A stretch of 64,000 nt of DNA from Octopus vulgaris (taxonomy: Eukaryota), in NCBI GenBank assembly GCA_951406725.2, contig OX597814.1:192200001-192264000 (forward strand). Reading direction: 5' to 3'. The notes beneath the pieces were generated by a model. The model was given only the letters and a program-made list of their open reading frames with translations, was not told the DNA's origin and made no database searches. Positions 12,291 to 25,399 of the stretch are shown here, one piece after another. The position numbers and the translations under genes are program-made. Within the stretch, counting starts at the first letter, position 1. Each line of letters starts with the position of its first letter.

Positions 12291-13790
12291 AATAGTAGTA
12301 TTAGTGAGTTACAATGTAGACAAAATTGAATTCAACTTATTAGCCTCATTAATTTAACAAAATTAATCAAACAAATACCCACTGCCCAAACTCTTATTGC
12401 CATGTAGTGTTAGATTCACTAGATTTAGTAAATTCAGTTCAGTGTTTTCTAAATTCTCTGTGTTCTGAATTGATGAAATGTGTTGCCGTATTTGATTTGA
12501 ACCTAACACTTCCCTTTCACTTCTTTGCAGCTTAGATACCCACCTGAAAAGCAGTACCACCCGTTTCAGGGAAAGCACTGTTGTATAGATCAGTGGAAAT
12601 AGTTTTGATTTACTTATGCACTTTAGACCTTTTTTTATTCGATTCTGATTTCTCTGTTTTATAATAACTTTTTATTGTTAAGTGATGTGTGAGTATTGAT
12701 TACTGATAAAATAATTTTTATTTATTATTTGCATTTTTTAAACTTACATTGTTTTGTCTGTAATTTTCGTATTTATATCTGGTAATTAATATTAAATGAC
12801 ATATTTCTGGTATTTGAAGAATTGTATTTAGTGAACGATATTCTCTGCCCTTGAGAACTGTTTTGATTTTAAGTTGTCTTCTCGATTTTTGTTTTATTTA
12901 TTTATTTCAATTTTTTAATCATTAGTATTGTTATTTGTACTCTAAATAATTTTTTAATTGAAAATTCTTTTTATAGCAAAAATGTACATTATTTATAATT
13001 ATATCTTACTTGTAGTCATGAAATAGTATTATAAAGTTATCTCCCTTGTGACAGATTTGCTTCCCTTTTAGGCTGTCAGCCATGTTACCATTCCACTTTT
13101 TGTAAGTGGATCATTCCAAAATACAAAATATATACAACTTGTAGTATCTGAAATTCAGAAATGATTTGTGTTTAATATTTACAGCCACTTACTTATACCA
13201 CAAAATAATGCTGACTGAAGAAATGGTATAAAATGCCGTGAGCTAAACTGTATAAATTAATGTATCTAGATCAAGGTTAAGATTCTTAGTTCTCCACAAG
13301 ACTTCAGGTTTCATCGCCAAATGCACACCTCCAATTATTTTTAATACCTAATAGAATAGGAATTATTAATTGGTGCCTTGTAGTAGGTAATACTGTATGA
13401 TAGTAATTATTTTGGCTGGGAATAAAGTTTGTGATCCCATTTATAATCTCCAAATAGAAACATTGTTTCCAACTTGGATGAGGCATAAATGTTACAAATT
13501 TCCTTTTCTGAATCAAGCTAAAGCTTTTTATTTTTATTTAATTGTTGCCTGAAGTCAATCACTCTATCTGCAAACAGAGAGGTTGTGACTTGTAGGGAAT
13601 TGATATGGTTAATTTTGGTTTTAAGATGTTGGAGATTATTTTGTTGAGAAATAGTTATTGGTTCGAAAGACTATGTGTAAACGTTTGATGTTGAATGTAA
13701 TGAAAAAGGGGACAAGAAATAGTCCTAATGATCTGAGTTTTTCTCTTTAGAAGTAGAAGAAGCAAATATTTGAGCATAATGACACATTAA

Positions 13791-14011
13791 CCCTTTCATT
13801 ACTGTATTTATTTTGAGACGCTTTGTTTTTCTTTCGATTAATTTTAAATATAACAAAGAATTTAGTAAAATAACTTAGTTATCATTAAGCTAGTGTTAGG
13901 AACATAAATTGTGACTAAGATTTGGTGGAAGATTTTAATTCAGAACTTATGAAAACAAGACATTTTTACTCAGAGCCAGAGCCAGTTTCAGCCGTTTTGG
14001 TAATGAAAGGG
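13791..14011. mobile_element. piggyBac-type MITE (TTAA TSD)
   Basis: TTAA-ccctttcattac ... gtaatgaaaggg-TTAA, with homologues at 37795-38524 and 38843-39053. Confidence 0.8.
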
Positions 14012-14261
14012 TTAAAGATTGGTTTTTAATGATGTTGGTGTGCGGCTAGTCACACAGATGATTTCTGAATATGTAATATTTTGCCTTCTAACTTTGACTC
14101 TCTTCTAGAATTTTATCTTTGATTTTAATATTTACATGACAATATTCTATAATTTAAGATATGTTTTAACTCACTGTGCATGGCGTTTTCTGTAAAATAT
14201 AGATTTTCTTCTAAATCTTCTTTTTCCCTATCAGTATCTTTGGACCATTTCTTCATTGCAG

Positions 14262-14351
14262 CTAATCAAAGTACAGATACAAAAGATGATACAGTCCGAT
14301 CTTTGGTCAAAGACCGTATCAACTCTTGGGGAGGACATTATAAAGATGAGG
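14262..14351 (+). CDS. Putative internal coding exon D (30 codons, phase 1-1)
   Basis: Acceptor ttcttcattgcag|CT and donor GAGG|gtataa. The peptide ANQSTDTKDDTVRSLVKDRINSWGGHYKDEG shares SLVxxRIx(x)W with exon C. Confidence 0.5.
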
Positions 14352-15756
14352 GTATAACTGACTTTATCTTCTAAAGTTTTGATGTATCAGTAGCAATGGT
14401 CACAACAGGTAGTTAGTTGCACCTGCATGTATATGTTCAGTAAAATATGTTTATCACTGAATATTGCCATAGTTTTCTCCCACAATTTGGTTCTACAGCC
14501 TTTTAAGTTAATTATGTAATCACCTGCTCACTAATGAGATTCCTCTCCTGAACATCTCACACATATATACTATAGCACTTAAAAAACCTTGGCTCAGTAT
14601 TTAGTATAGAACTAAATATTCTAAATAACTACTGCTTAAATGAAATACTTAATAGGAAACTATTAATAAATGTAATCAATAATGTTCAGTGTTAAATGAC
14701 CTGCAGATGAGTTGCTAATATTGTATATTAGTGTACTGTACAATATCAGATATTTGAGAAAATAACTAGAAACCTATATATCTTACAAATAGTTCTGGAT
14801 GAAAGTTATTTAGAAGTTAATATTGTGATAGTTAATTAAGGTCAATAGAAATTGTTAATCTGGTACTAACCTCAAGTCATTATTTTAGATTTCTAAGAAG
14901 TATTCATAGGATTGTAATGAATATATGTAAATGTAGCTTAACCAGAACTTGTTAATATTATTTAAAATGTTTCAACAAAAATAGTAAATGAACGCTGTAG
15001 AAAATCAGTATGGCTATAGAAAAGAAGTGTGCCTCATGATGTTAAATTTTGATTAGGAAATTTTAGGCATTTGAAAATTATAACTAAATTTTTTTTTTAT
15101 CAGTTTATAATATTTAAGTCCAAATCTTTTCTTTTCTCATTTTTTCTTTCTTTTTTTTTTTTTTTTGTACCTGTACTATCAAATAACTCTTGCTTGAAAA
15201 TATTAGTCATTAATTATTCAATTTATAGATAAATATTTTTTTTTCAGATTCTCTCTTTCATAATACCTTAAACAACACCCATTGACATAAGAAATAATAG
15301 TTATTTTTCTATTTCATAAACAGTTTATGAAATTCCACCTACTTAGAATTCTTTTAAAAATACTAACAAATTTTTCTGGCTACTGTCTATATGTCTATAT
15401 ATATAAGGTGCATTATAGAAGTCAAGGCATGACAGGGATCTGGTGATAGTAAAAGATTACAGAAAACAAGCACAATGTCAGGAAAGCTATTTTCATACCT
15501 AATTCCTATCCTGTTCCCCCTTTTCTGTCGTCACAATATTTTTTTTTTGTTCACTTTCATTTGTTGTCTTATGGTTATTGATGTTTATACTGTTTAATTT
15601 TTATTTGCTTTATCATAGTAATGATATTGCGTATCATTTAGTTATATACACCATATTTACTTGTGTATAAGTTTCACTATTTTACGCTTGATTTTAACTG
15701 GAAAAACTGCAGCAACTTACACACGAGCCTGACTTATACACATGTAATTATGGTGT

Positions 15757-15759
<3 letters not shown>

Positions 15760-15812
<53 letters not shown>
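15760..15812. repeat. (TA)n microsatellite
   Basis: Direct reading. Confidence 0.95.
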
Positions 15813-15818
<6 letters not shown>

Positions 15819-17105
15819 TTCCTTTATTTTGCTGCTGTGATATATTTATTTTTCTCTCCCTACTTTAGTCATTAATTTTATTTCATTATTTTTCAGTAAT
15901 TTGCATGCTAATTATATATGAATTCTAATAATGTTGATTCTTATCTTCATTGTATGTCCAGAAAAGAAACAAAAAAATGCATTTTCCTTCCGTTTTGATT
16001 TTATATATATATATGTTGTGAATTATTGTTAAGTGGTGAACTATTGTTTTACTGAGAGGATGAGCTATAATCTAGTCAAAAAGTAATTTGTGATTTTGTT
16101 TCAGTTTTCAGTGTTTTTTTGTTTTTCTTTAAATGTCTATTCAGAATTGCAAGACTATTGTAGCATCTTTATTCTTCTATATATACAAAGAGAAATCATG
16201 TCATCATCATCATTTCCAGCATCATTATTTCAGTTGTCATACTTTTTTTTTATTACTGCATAATTGTGTTTCTATGTAAGCCTTGGATTCGCTCAGTATT
16301 CTTTTTATCTTCATGTATTGAAAAATACTCTGTGCAACATGTGGGGAGTGTCTTTTACATCAGTGTTATTATCTCTCCATACATTGTGTCACCATCACCA
16401 CCACCACCACCATCATCATCATCATCTGTGTATCATTGTGAATATGCTGTATCATTTGTCCCCAATTGTTTCCCCCCCCCTTGTTATTGATCAATAATTG
16501 AGTCATTATGATTTGAGAAATCATTAAGCAGGCATTGGTTACCTTTATGTAACATCTACCTTATATGTTAAACTGTTGACTTAGTTCTGTATTTAGCAGA
16601 TTAACTGGATCACATATTGATGTTACTACTTAATGTGATTTACTATTACCTGAAGATTAATTTAGAGTATTCATAAACTGCTTTCAGTTGACAGAAAGAT
16701 AGTTAGCTACATAGGTATCTAGATAAATAGCAACTAAAAATTGTATCTATGTTAATTTTATTCAATGTTTTGGTGTATGTTCGGCCATTTTCCAGAAAGT
16801 TGTTGCTGATAAGGGATCAGGGTTCTCTTGTGTTTGTTGTTGTTTAGTCCCAGGTCAACAGCAGTCAAGTAAACCTATGATAAAAAGGCTCACATAAGGG
16901 CTCCCTTGTTGGGATGTGTCCTTGGTTTGTTGTGTATAGATATTGCCAACAGAAATAATTGTGTTTCTGATATTTGTTCACATATGGCTGTGCAGTTAAA
17001 AAGCTTAAGCTTGGAGTTCAATCCTACTGCATTCCCCTTTGAGTAAATGTTTCCTACTATAAATTGGGTCAACCAACACTTGATGAGTGCTTCTAATAAA
17101 TTGCG

Positions 17106-17335
17106 GCATGCTGGCAGAAACATTAGCACGCCAGGCAAAATGCTCAGCAGTATTTTGTCTGCCGTTAGATTCTGAGTTCAAATTCCACTGAGGTCGACTT
17201 TACCTTCCATCCTTTCGGAGTCGATATATTTAGTACAAGTTATGTACTGGCATCGATGTAATCGACTTAATCCCTTTGTCTGTCCTTGTTTGTCCCCTCT
17301 ATGTTTAGCTCTTTGTGGGAAATAAAGAAATAAGA
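17106..17335 (+). mobile_element. SINE family B
   Basis: Homologous to 1949-2179. Confidence 0.8.
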
Positions 17336-18574
17336 AACTATATAAAATATATACAGACGGTGAACACTCTGTAGGATGAAAAACAAAACCTGTCAAAGGA
17401 TGAACTCAGTAGAGTCCATGGCCGTCCAACATCTGGGTGTGAGAGACCCCCTAGTCTTCATTTAAACATCTTTCTAGGTGAAGGAAAATTCAGATGTAAA
17501 ACCTGTGGTTTTGTTTGCATCCAATGATGTAGATTAGTTCTTCTTTTTGGGGAAATGCACACATTGTTCACAGAGTGGGGTTGGTCCTGTGCAAAACCTT
17601 TAAAAAGCTTCAGGCATAGGCATCCCTTGATTGTTAATATATCTAGTAACCTCCCTGAAGGCACATGGCTCAGTAGTTAGAACATGTGACTCACAATCAT
17701 GAAGTAGTGGGTTCAATTCCTTTTCAGGGTATGTGTTGTGTTCTTGAGCAAAACACTTTATTTCACGTTGTTCCAGCTCACTCAGCCATAGAAATGCGAT
17801 GTGACATCACTGGTACCAAGCTGTGTCGGCCTTTGCCTTTCCCTTGGATAACATCAGTGACATGGGTGACTACTGGTCTTCCATAAACAACCTTGCCCAG
17901 ACTTGTGCTTTGGAGGGGAACTTTCTAAGTGCAGTCCCTTGGTCATTCATGACCAGGGTGTAGGGGGTCTTTAATAATCTCCCTATTGTGTGTTGCATAC
18001 TATGGTTAGCCATAGCCAAAAAGTTAGGACAGTTATGGCTGGAATGACTTTAGTTCTACTTGATTCTGGTTGACTTAGGGCTACACATCAAAAAGGTATA
18101 GTCTACCAACAAGTACAGGCACTACTTTGCAGACACACACACACACTCACAACAAATCGACCCCAGGACTTATTCTTTGTAAGCCTAGTACTTATTCTGT
18201 CCTAGTACTCTTATCCACACATCCATGCCTAAAATTCTGTTACAAAAGTAAAAATTTAAATATCAAGGTTACTAACATTTATAATGGTGTTTGAACCTTT
18301 TTGAAAAAGGGTTGTTAAAATTCCTCATAATAATCTGGCTGTCTAGTAATAGTAGTAGTAGTAGCAGAAGCAGCAGCTGCTGTATGTGAGGCTGCTTTCC
18401 AAGCAATTCTTATATGCTCATTGCAAATGGGAAATCAATAATATTTTGTTTTCTGTAGATCGCTAGAATGCTGATAGACAGCACAGGACCCAAGGGTGTT
18501 GTGTGTGTGTGTGCGCGTACATATATGTATGTATGCATGCATATGTGTATATATGTATATATATCATCATCATC

Positions 18575-18721
18575 ATCGTTTAACGTCTGTTCTCCATGCT
18601 AGCATGGGTTGGACGGTTCGACCAGGGATCTGGGAAGCCAGAAGGCTGCACCTTCTGGCTTCCCAAATCCCCGGTCGAACCGTCCAACCCATACTAGCAT
18701 GGAGAACAGACGTTAAACGAT
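18575..18721. repeat. Fold-back hairpin made of a family C SINE 3' end (71-bp arms, 5-nt loop)
   Basis: atcgtttaacgtc...ccagaagg CTGCA ccttctgg...gacgttaaacgat. Confidence 0.9.
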
Positions 18722-18749
18722 ATATACATATATATATATATATACATAT

Positions 18750-19065
18750 GAAGGTGTGTGGCTTAGTGGTTAGGGCATTCGGCTCATGATCATAAGGTCA
18801 TGAGTTCAATTCCTGGTGACCTGTTGTGTCCTTGAGCAAGGCATTTTATTTCACATTGCTCCAGTCCACTCAGCTGGCAAAAATGAGTAGTATCTGTATT
18901 TCAAAGGGCCAGCCTTGCCACATTCTGTGTCACGCTAAATCTCCCTGAGAACTATGTTAAGGGTAGACGTGTCTGTGGAGTGCTCAGCCACTTGCACATT
19001 AATTTCACGAGTAAGCTGTTCCATTGATTGTATCAGCTGGAACCTTCATCGCCATAACAAATGGA

Positions 19066-19068
<3 letters not shown>
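18750..19068 (+). mobile_element. tRNA-derived SINE related to family D
   Basis: Head tggcttagtggttagg...gagttcaattcc, plus the core cacattgctccagtccactcagctggcaaaaatgagta shared with the 11786 element. Confidence 0.7.
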
Positions 19069-19100
<32 letters not shown>

Positions 19101-19103
<3 letters not shown>

Positions 19104-19259
19104 AGAAATGAGGTACTCAGAAATCTGGATGGCTTTATATTTACAGATATTTATTAGTATGTTACATGTTTTTATAAATCACATATAAAAACATGTAACA
19201 TACTAATAAATACCTGTAAATATAAAACCATCCAGATTTCTGAGTACCTCATTTCTTCT
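19101..19259. repeat. Fold-back hairpin (76-bp arms, 7-nt loop, 2 mismatches) embedded in (TA)n
   Basis: agaagaaatgaggtactc...tttttata AATCACA tataaaaa...gagtacctcatttcttct. Confidence 0.9.
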
Positions 19260-19290
19260 AATATATAATAGCTGTACATCATCTCCAAGC

Positions 19291-19331
<41 letters not shown>

Positions 19332-19862
19332 TGCTCATGCTAGCATGGAAGGTGGTCGTTAAATGATGACGATGATGAAGGTGAATATATAGATACATGC
19401 ATATGTGTGTGTATTAATGCTTGTTTTTATGTCAAATTATAATAAAAACAGTTTACTATTCTTTTCTACTCTAGGCACAAGGCCCGAAATTTTGGGGTAG
19501 GGTGGGGGCCAGTCGATTAGATCTACCCCAGTATGCAACTGGTACTTAATCTATTGACCCCAAAAGGATGAAAGGCAAAGTCGACCATGGCAGAATTTGA
19601 ACTCAAAACATAAAGATACATGAAATACTGCTAAGCATTTCGTCTGGCGTGCTAACATTTCTGCCAGCTCACCACCTTAAAACAACTTAATATTAAACTG
19701 ATTGAATTGCTCAATACTTTTTTCCTGGGGCACATATTTATTAAACTTTTACTAGAAGAGGTGTAACAGCTACTTTGATGTTTTGGCCTGCAAGTCTTCA
19801 TCAGACTTTTAAAAGTCTAGTATTTGCATGCACACACACACACACATGTTAGTGTGTAACAA

Positions 19863-20070
19863 TCAGCACGCTGGGTGAAGTGCTTCGTGGTATTTCGCAT
19901 GTCGCTACATTCTGAGTTCAAATTCTGCCGAGGTCGACTTTGCCTTTCATCCTTTCGGGGTCGATAAATTAAGTACCAGTTACGCACTGGTGTCGATATA
20001 ATCGACTTAATCCCTTTGTCTGTCCTTGTTTGTCTCCTCTATGTTTAGCCCCTTGTGGGTAATAAAGAAA
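19863..20070 (+). mobile_element. SINE family B, 5' truncated
   Basis: Homologous to 1949-2179. Confidence 0.8.
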
Positions 20071-20550
20071 CGGTAACAATCAGGAGAAGTACTCAATGCA
20101 AACGTGGAGTGCAAAGGTTTATACAGACCTGTCTACAAGCTTGTTAATTAGGAGTTTCTGCAGAGTGTAGACTTGTCTGAAGAACTGGCTACATACTGCA
20201 GAAACTCCAGAATTACACACAACCGCCCCGACCCCCAACTCCCCACCCCCACCCATTGGATTGGCCTAAATAAACAAAAGCAACAATGACTGCGATGATT
20301 GGGGGGGTGATAGTTATGGTTTCCAGGAGGTAGAGACCTAATGAAGTTTTCAGTTCCTGCTACTGTTGCCTTGTTCTGTTAATGAAATATCACTTGTCAG
20401 CTGACTGCGCATCTGTTGACAGCAGGTGACAATTGACAATTATAGTTACATAGTTACTACTGTCGGTCCACAGTTGTCATTGTGTGTGTGAGCATGCAAG
20501 TATACACCTTCGTTGTAGGAAATAGCGTTTAGATCATAGACACAATTATA

Positions 20551-21369
20551 ATGAGTCATCCCATAAATAATGTGTTTTTTTCGTATACTTTTTTTATTTT
20601 TCAAAATTAAGATAAACAAAGTTCATTTTTAATCTAAAATATACTCTCTTTCATTTTCTATTATGCTCTTCCATCTATCTGGTAGACTTCCAAAATTCAC
20701 TTGTCCATGACAAAAAATACTCCTCAAGTACTGTTTTGACCACATCTACAAAATTCATATTTTTTCCGTCCAAATGATTTTGAAGACTGCACACATTCTC
20801 TCTCTGTGCGCGATTAGACTCGGAAAGTTTGTGAGGAACTCATTGACCCAATTTGCTGTCGTTTCCAATGGCACACAGGTGTCACTGAATGGTTGAATGA
20901 CCAAATCCAAGCTTCTCTGCAAGTTCCTCAACAGTTTCAGTGGGTTTTGTTCCATCAGAGTTTGCAGGGCATCCTCATCGAACTCTACAAGTCTTCCAGA
21001 TGAGGCTCATCTTCTAGGCTGTAGTTACCAGCTCAGAATTTCCGGAACCACCATTGACACTGGCTTACACTTATTGTCCTATCCCCATATACTGCATTAA
21101 TATTTCACGCACTTTCCGTTGCATTGTTGCCTTTATTGAACTCATAAAGCAAAGTATGCCAAATATGCTCCTTTGTCACTTCCATTATAGCTTCAAAAAA
21201 ATATCTCTTAAAATCGAACTGCACTCTTCAAAACTTGCACTAAGAGTACAGACAAGGTAAAATTACTACCTGTTTTTATAGCAAGATCATGCAAGTAGTT
21301 TATCCTGTCCCACTCTGACTTTAAGTTCATACAATTGAAAAAAACTGCATTATTTATGGGATGACCCAA
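20551..21369 (-). mobile_element. Internally deleted, decayed Tc1/mariner element
   Basis: TIRs gtcatcccataaataatg / cattatttatgggatgac flanked by TA. The minus-strand remnant CQWWFRKF*AGNYSLEDEPH resembles the mariner HTH linker. Confidence 0.8.
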
Positions 21370-22791
21370 TATATACAGCATAATAGAGATACATATCTAA
21401 ACTTTTGTACTTGTTTTTACACACACATACACATCTGTGTATGCAAGTGTGTAAATACAAGTGTGTATTATTAATTTTCTGTTCATTGCCTTCTGTGTTC
21501 AAATCCTACCAAGGTCATCTTCATCTGTCATCCCTCTGGGGTTCAAGCAATCAGCTAACCTCCTACAGCCAACTTACTGGTCTTGTGCCTGTATTAGAAA
21601 TTACTACTTATTATAGGTGAACATACACATTTTTGCTCTGTAATGCTAAGTGTGTATGTTGTTATTTAGCTTGTGGTCAACCAATGAATGCAAGCATTCT
21701 TTCCAGCCATGGCCATCCTGCCTTTTAGTGATATCTACAACAACAATATATAATGTATCCCTTCTTTAATTAAGATGGTAAAAACTTTGAGGTAAATTTG
21801 GCTGGTATTTTTAGCAAATTAAGCAACCACATAGAAGCTCTATATTGTATTGGCATCCTTTCTGTCTCGGGAGACAATGGAGTTGTGCATGAAGTAGTCT
21901 AGTCCGGCTTTTATATTTCATGTCCTGATACATTTCCTGCTGTGGCTGTGTAGTCCTATCCTGGACAAACACTCCCTCTGGCAGGTACCGCAAATGTAGC
22001 GAAGACTGGTCCTGGCTGGTTGTAGTGCCATAGTCTCTTGTTTACGTCTCTTCCTTTCTTTCCATTTCTCCTCTCTCTCTCTGTCACTCTTTTGTATTCC
22101 CTCTTTTACTGTACGTCGCCATTCTCCATATATTTACTATATATATTCTCTATATATTTACCTTAAAAACCTAGGTATGTGGAACTGATATCTTAATAAA
22201 TTGTGTAATCTAGATATTCAGTCAAGAAACTTTTAGAATAAAACTGTTGAGTCAGTTTTATTTATTTGTTTGTTTATCTATTTAGTCAGTTGTTTCCATT
22301 CTGGTGTTGGTTTATCATCATCATCATCATTATTATTGAGTGAGAGAGCAGTGCATGCCATCAAAGTGACACTGGGGCACAATTATATGAAGCCCTGTAT
22401 ACCCATCATGACTACCCGTCTGATAAGGGTACACTAGGCACATGCATCACAACCATATGTGCGCGACATGGTGGTCTCATATCAAGATAAACAGCGCATG
22501 ATCTTGCAGGTGGGGCCCAGTTAGAATTTTCTTCTGGTTGAGTAACCCATCCTGCTCAAAGGGTCCCTGAATAAGGGTTGTTTAAGGATGTTGAACGAAA
22601 CACCCATGTTTCCAGAGGTGAATTATTCAAACCCCAAAGAATCCCTCTGAATACATTATTATTTTTATTATTATTATTATTATTATTATCAGTATTATGT
22701 ATAACTTGTTCTTCTTTGTTTGACATTGCTTTGTCTTGTGGTTTACTTGAGCAACTTTATCTGAATTACAAAGCCTTCCAGTTTCCTTTTA

Positions 22792-23005
22792 GCTCTGTGG
22801 TTCTCAACCGGGGTCCATATGGCCCTTAGTGGGGTTCTTATAAAGTTCTGTTATTAAAATTTATCCACAATAAATTGGTTATACTTCTACAGTACACAAA
22901 ATATTTTAAACTATGATAGTTTTTAGACATGGAATGGCTGGTAGGGTTCATCCAGGTAAAATAGGAATTAAAGGGGTCTGCAGATAAAAAATAGTTGAGA
23001 AACAT
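22792..23005. mobile_element. Possible hAT-type MITE
   Basis: The ends gtggttctcaac ... gttgagaaacattg resemble the CAGTGGTTCTCAA TIRs of hAT/Charlie MITEs. Confidence 0.45.
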
Positions 23006-24549
23006 TGTGTTAGCTATTCTATACGTTAGAGCAGTGGGCTTACTTCATCAGAAGGTATCACATGCTTATATTGTAACCTCTAGCATAGCTAGAGTGTGTG
23101 CTACCTGGAATGGCCATTCCATTTGCAGCCCCCAGACCCCACAAAAAAACCACATATTGCCTACAGCAGACCCAAAAGAACTGCCCCATTAAAAGTGCTG
23201 CCCATGACGGGCCGTCCCCCACCCCCACTACGCTAGTGATTGTAACTTCTCCGTCCTCTTTTTGGGATTTGGTTTGGGAGAACAGGCTATGTCTTTGGCC
23301 TTTGTATGGCCCTCTGACACCAGTGAACCCAATGTGGTTAATATTCTTCTTGAACAGTTACGAGTTAACAGTAGTGCTCTCCTCATTCGAGGGGCTCTTG
23401 AGGAAGCAAGTTACTTGGTGGCCTCACTGGTGCCAGTGCCGTGTAAAAAGCACCCAGTACACTCTGTAAAGTGGTTGGCATTAGGAAGGGCATCCAGCCA
23501 TAGAAACCACACCAAAGCAGACATTAGAATTTGGCACAGAACCTGCAAGCATGGAAAATGGACATTAAATGATGATGATGGTGGATGAGAGGAAATTCCA
23601 GAGAACCAATGTTCTGGGGAGGAAGAATTGTACATAGTGGTTTGTGTGAGTCTTGGGAAAGTGTTCACAAAATCCAACCCAAAATTTCTGTCCTTGTGCT
23701 TATATTAGATAATTTTTATTATCCTCTTCCTCCTACTAAAATTGCTAGACTTGTTCCAGAGCTGGCAGAATCATTAGCATGCCAGACAAATTACTTGGCA
23801 GCATTTCTTCCAACTTTGTTCTAAGTTCAAATTCTGCTGAGGTTGATTTTTGCCTTTCATCCTTTTGTGGGGGTCAATAAAATAAGTATCACTCAAGAAC
23901 TGGAGTTGATGAAATCATCTCTTCCCTTTCCCCACAAATTTTGGGCCTTGTGCATATAGTCATCATCATCATCATCGTTTAACGTCCCTTTTCTATGCTA
24001 GCATGGATTGGATGGTTCGACCGGGGTCTGGGAAGCCAGGAGGCTGCACCAGGCTCTAGTCTGATCTGGCAGTGTTTCTACAGCTGGATGCCCTTCCTAA
24101 CACCAACCACTCCGTGAGTGTAGTGGGTGCTTTATACGTGCCACCAGCACAGGGGCCAAAGGAGGCTGGCAAACAGCCACGATCGGTCGGTGCTTTTTAT
24201 GTGTCACCAACACGAACGCCAGAAAGGATTATTATGGATGCTTTGGATCTTCAGTTGAAGATCATCTAAACTGGATCTAAATGGTGTGGTCAATATTCCT
24301 GGAAATAAAGAAAAGCAAAGCCAGTCAATTGAACTTCTTCAGGTTTCTGGAAACATTCTTGGAAACATCCTGCTCATTCATGTTAGTGAACTGTTGGAAT
24401 AGCTGACAAATTAAGCCTAGATTTTCCAAATGTATTGAGGTGGACTTAGGCCCAGTACTTTAGGCCATCCAAATCATATTTAGAAACGGTTTTCGTTTGA
24501 TTAGTGGAGAGGAATAATGTCAACATACACAGATTCCGAGTTAGTGGTT

Positions 24550-24932
24550 TTTACTCTTTTACTTGTTTCAGTCTTTTGACTGTGGCCATGTTGGAGCACC
24601 GCCTTTAGTCGAGCAAATCGACCCCAGGATTTATTCTTTGTAAGCCTAGTACTTATTTTATCGGTCCCTTTTGCCGAACCGCTAAGTTATGGGGATGTAA
24701 ACACACCAGCATCAGTTGTTGGGTGGGGGGGGACAAACATATACACACACATTCATACATACATACATACATATATACGACAGGCTTCTTTCACTTTCTG
24801 TCTACCAAATCTACTCACAAGGCTTTGGTCGGCCCGAGGTTATAGTAGAAGACACTTGCCCAAGGTACCGTGCAGTGGGACCGAACCCGGAACCATCATG
24901 TGTTTGGTAAGCAAGCAGCCATTCCTGCGCCT
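24550..24932 (-). mobile_element. SINE family A
   Basis: Reverse complement of 10789-11170. Confidence 0.85.
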
Positions 24933-25399
24933 ATGAGTGGCTACAGACTAACTTGGATAAAACTCAAATGAATATCCAGTTTCTGGGAACTATACGTTTT
25001 CCTCCAGACACAGAAGACTTACAGGACCTGATTATTACTATAGATTTTAATTAAAATTAATAATTGCTGTTGTTTAGTCCCCAGACCAACTTGATAAAGT
25101 AGACCTATGAGCAAAAATATTCCAACCATGACTACCGCATCTGTCTTCCGGGTACCGTGCCGTAAGGGAAATTTAGCTACTGTTTCTTGTTGGTCGAACT
25201 AATTCACTCTGCACGCGGGGTTTTCTAGATTTAAAAAGAAAAATTAAATGTAAAAGTGAGAAATCTATTTTAAAGAATCGTCATTTCACCCTGAATCCTG
25301 TATCAAGTTTCTTGAAATTCTTGCGACAAAACACAAATTTATTCTAATAGTGAACGTCTCCCTCTCCCTCACCTCCACTAGCTCCTGTTCGCATAACCA

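Noticed and set aside
13185-13225. Possible 41-nt exon ending ATG|gtataa
   Set aside because: Not frame-symmetric, and no supporting motif.
18459-18495. Possible small exon IARMLIDSTGPKG after tttctgtag
   Set aside because: It needs a phase-0 entry that does not fit the phase-1 neighbours, and the GTGTTG donor is weak.
19777-19810. Minus-strand CTGATGA...AAAAC hammerhead-like remnant
   Set aside because: The core GAAA is mutated and the stems are broken, so it is too degenerate to call.
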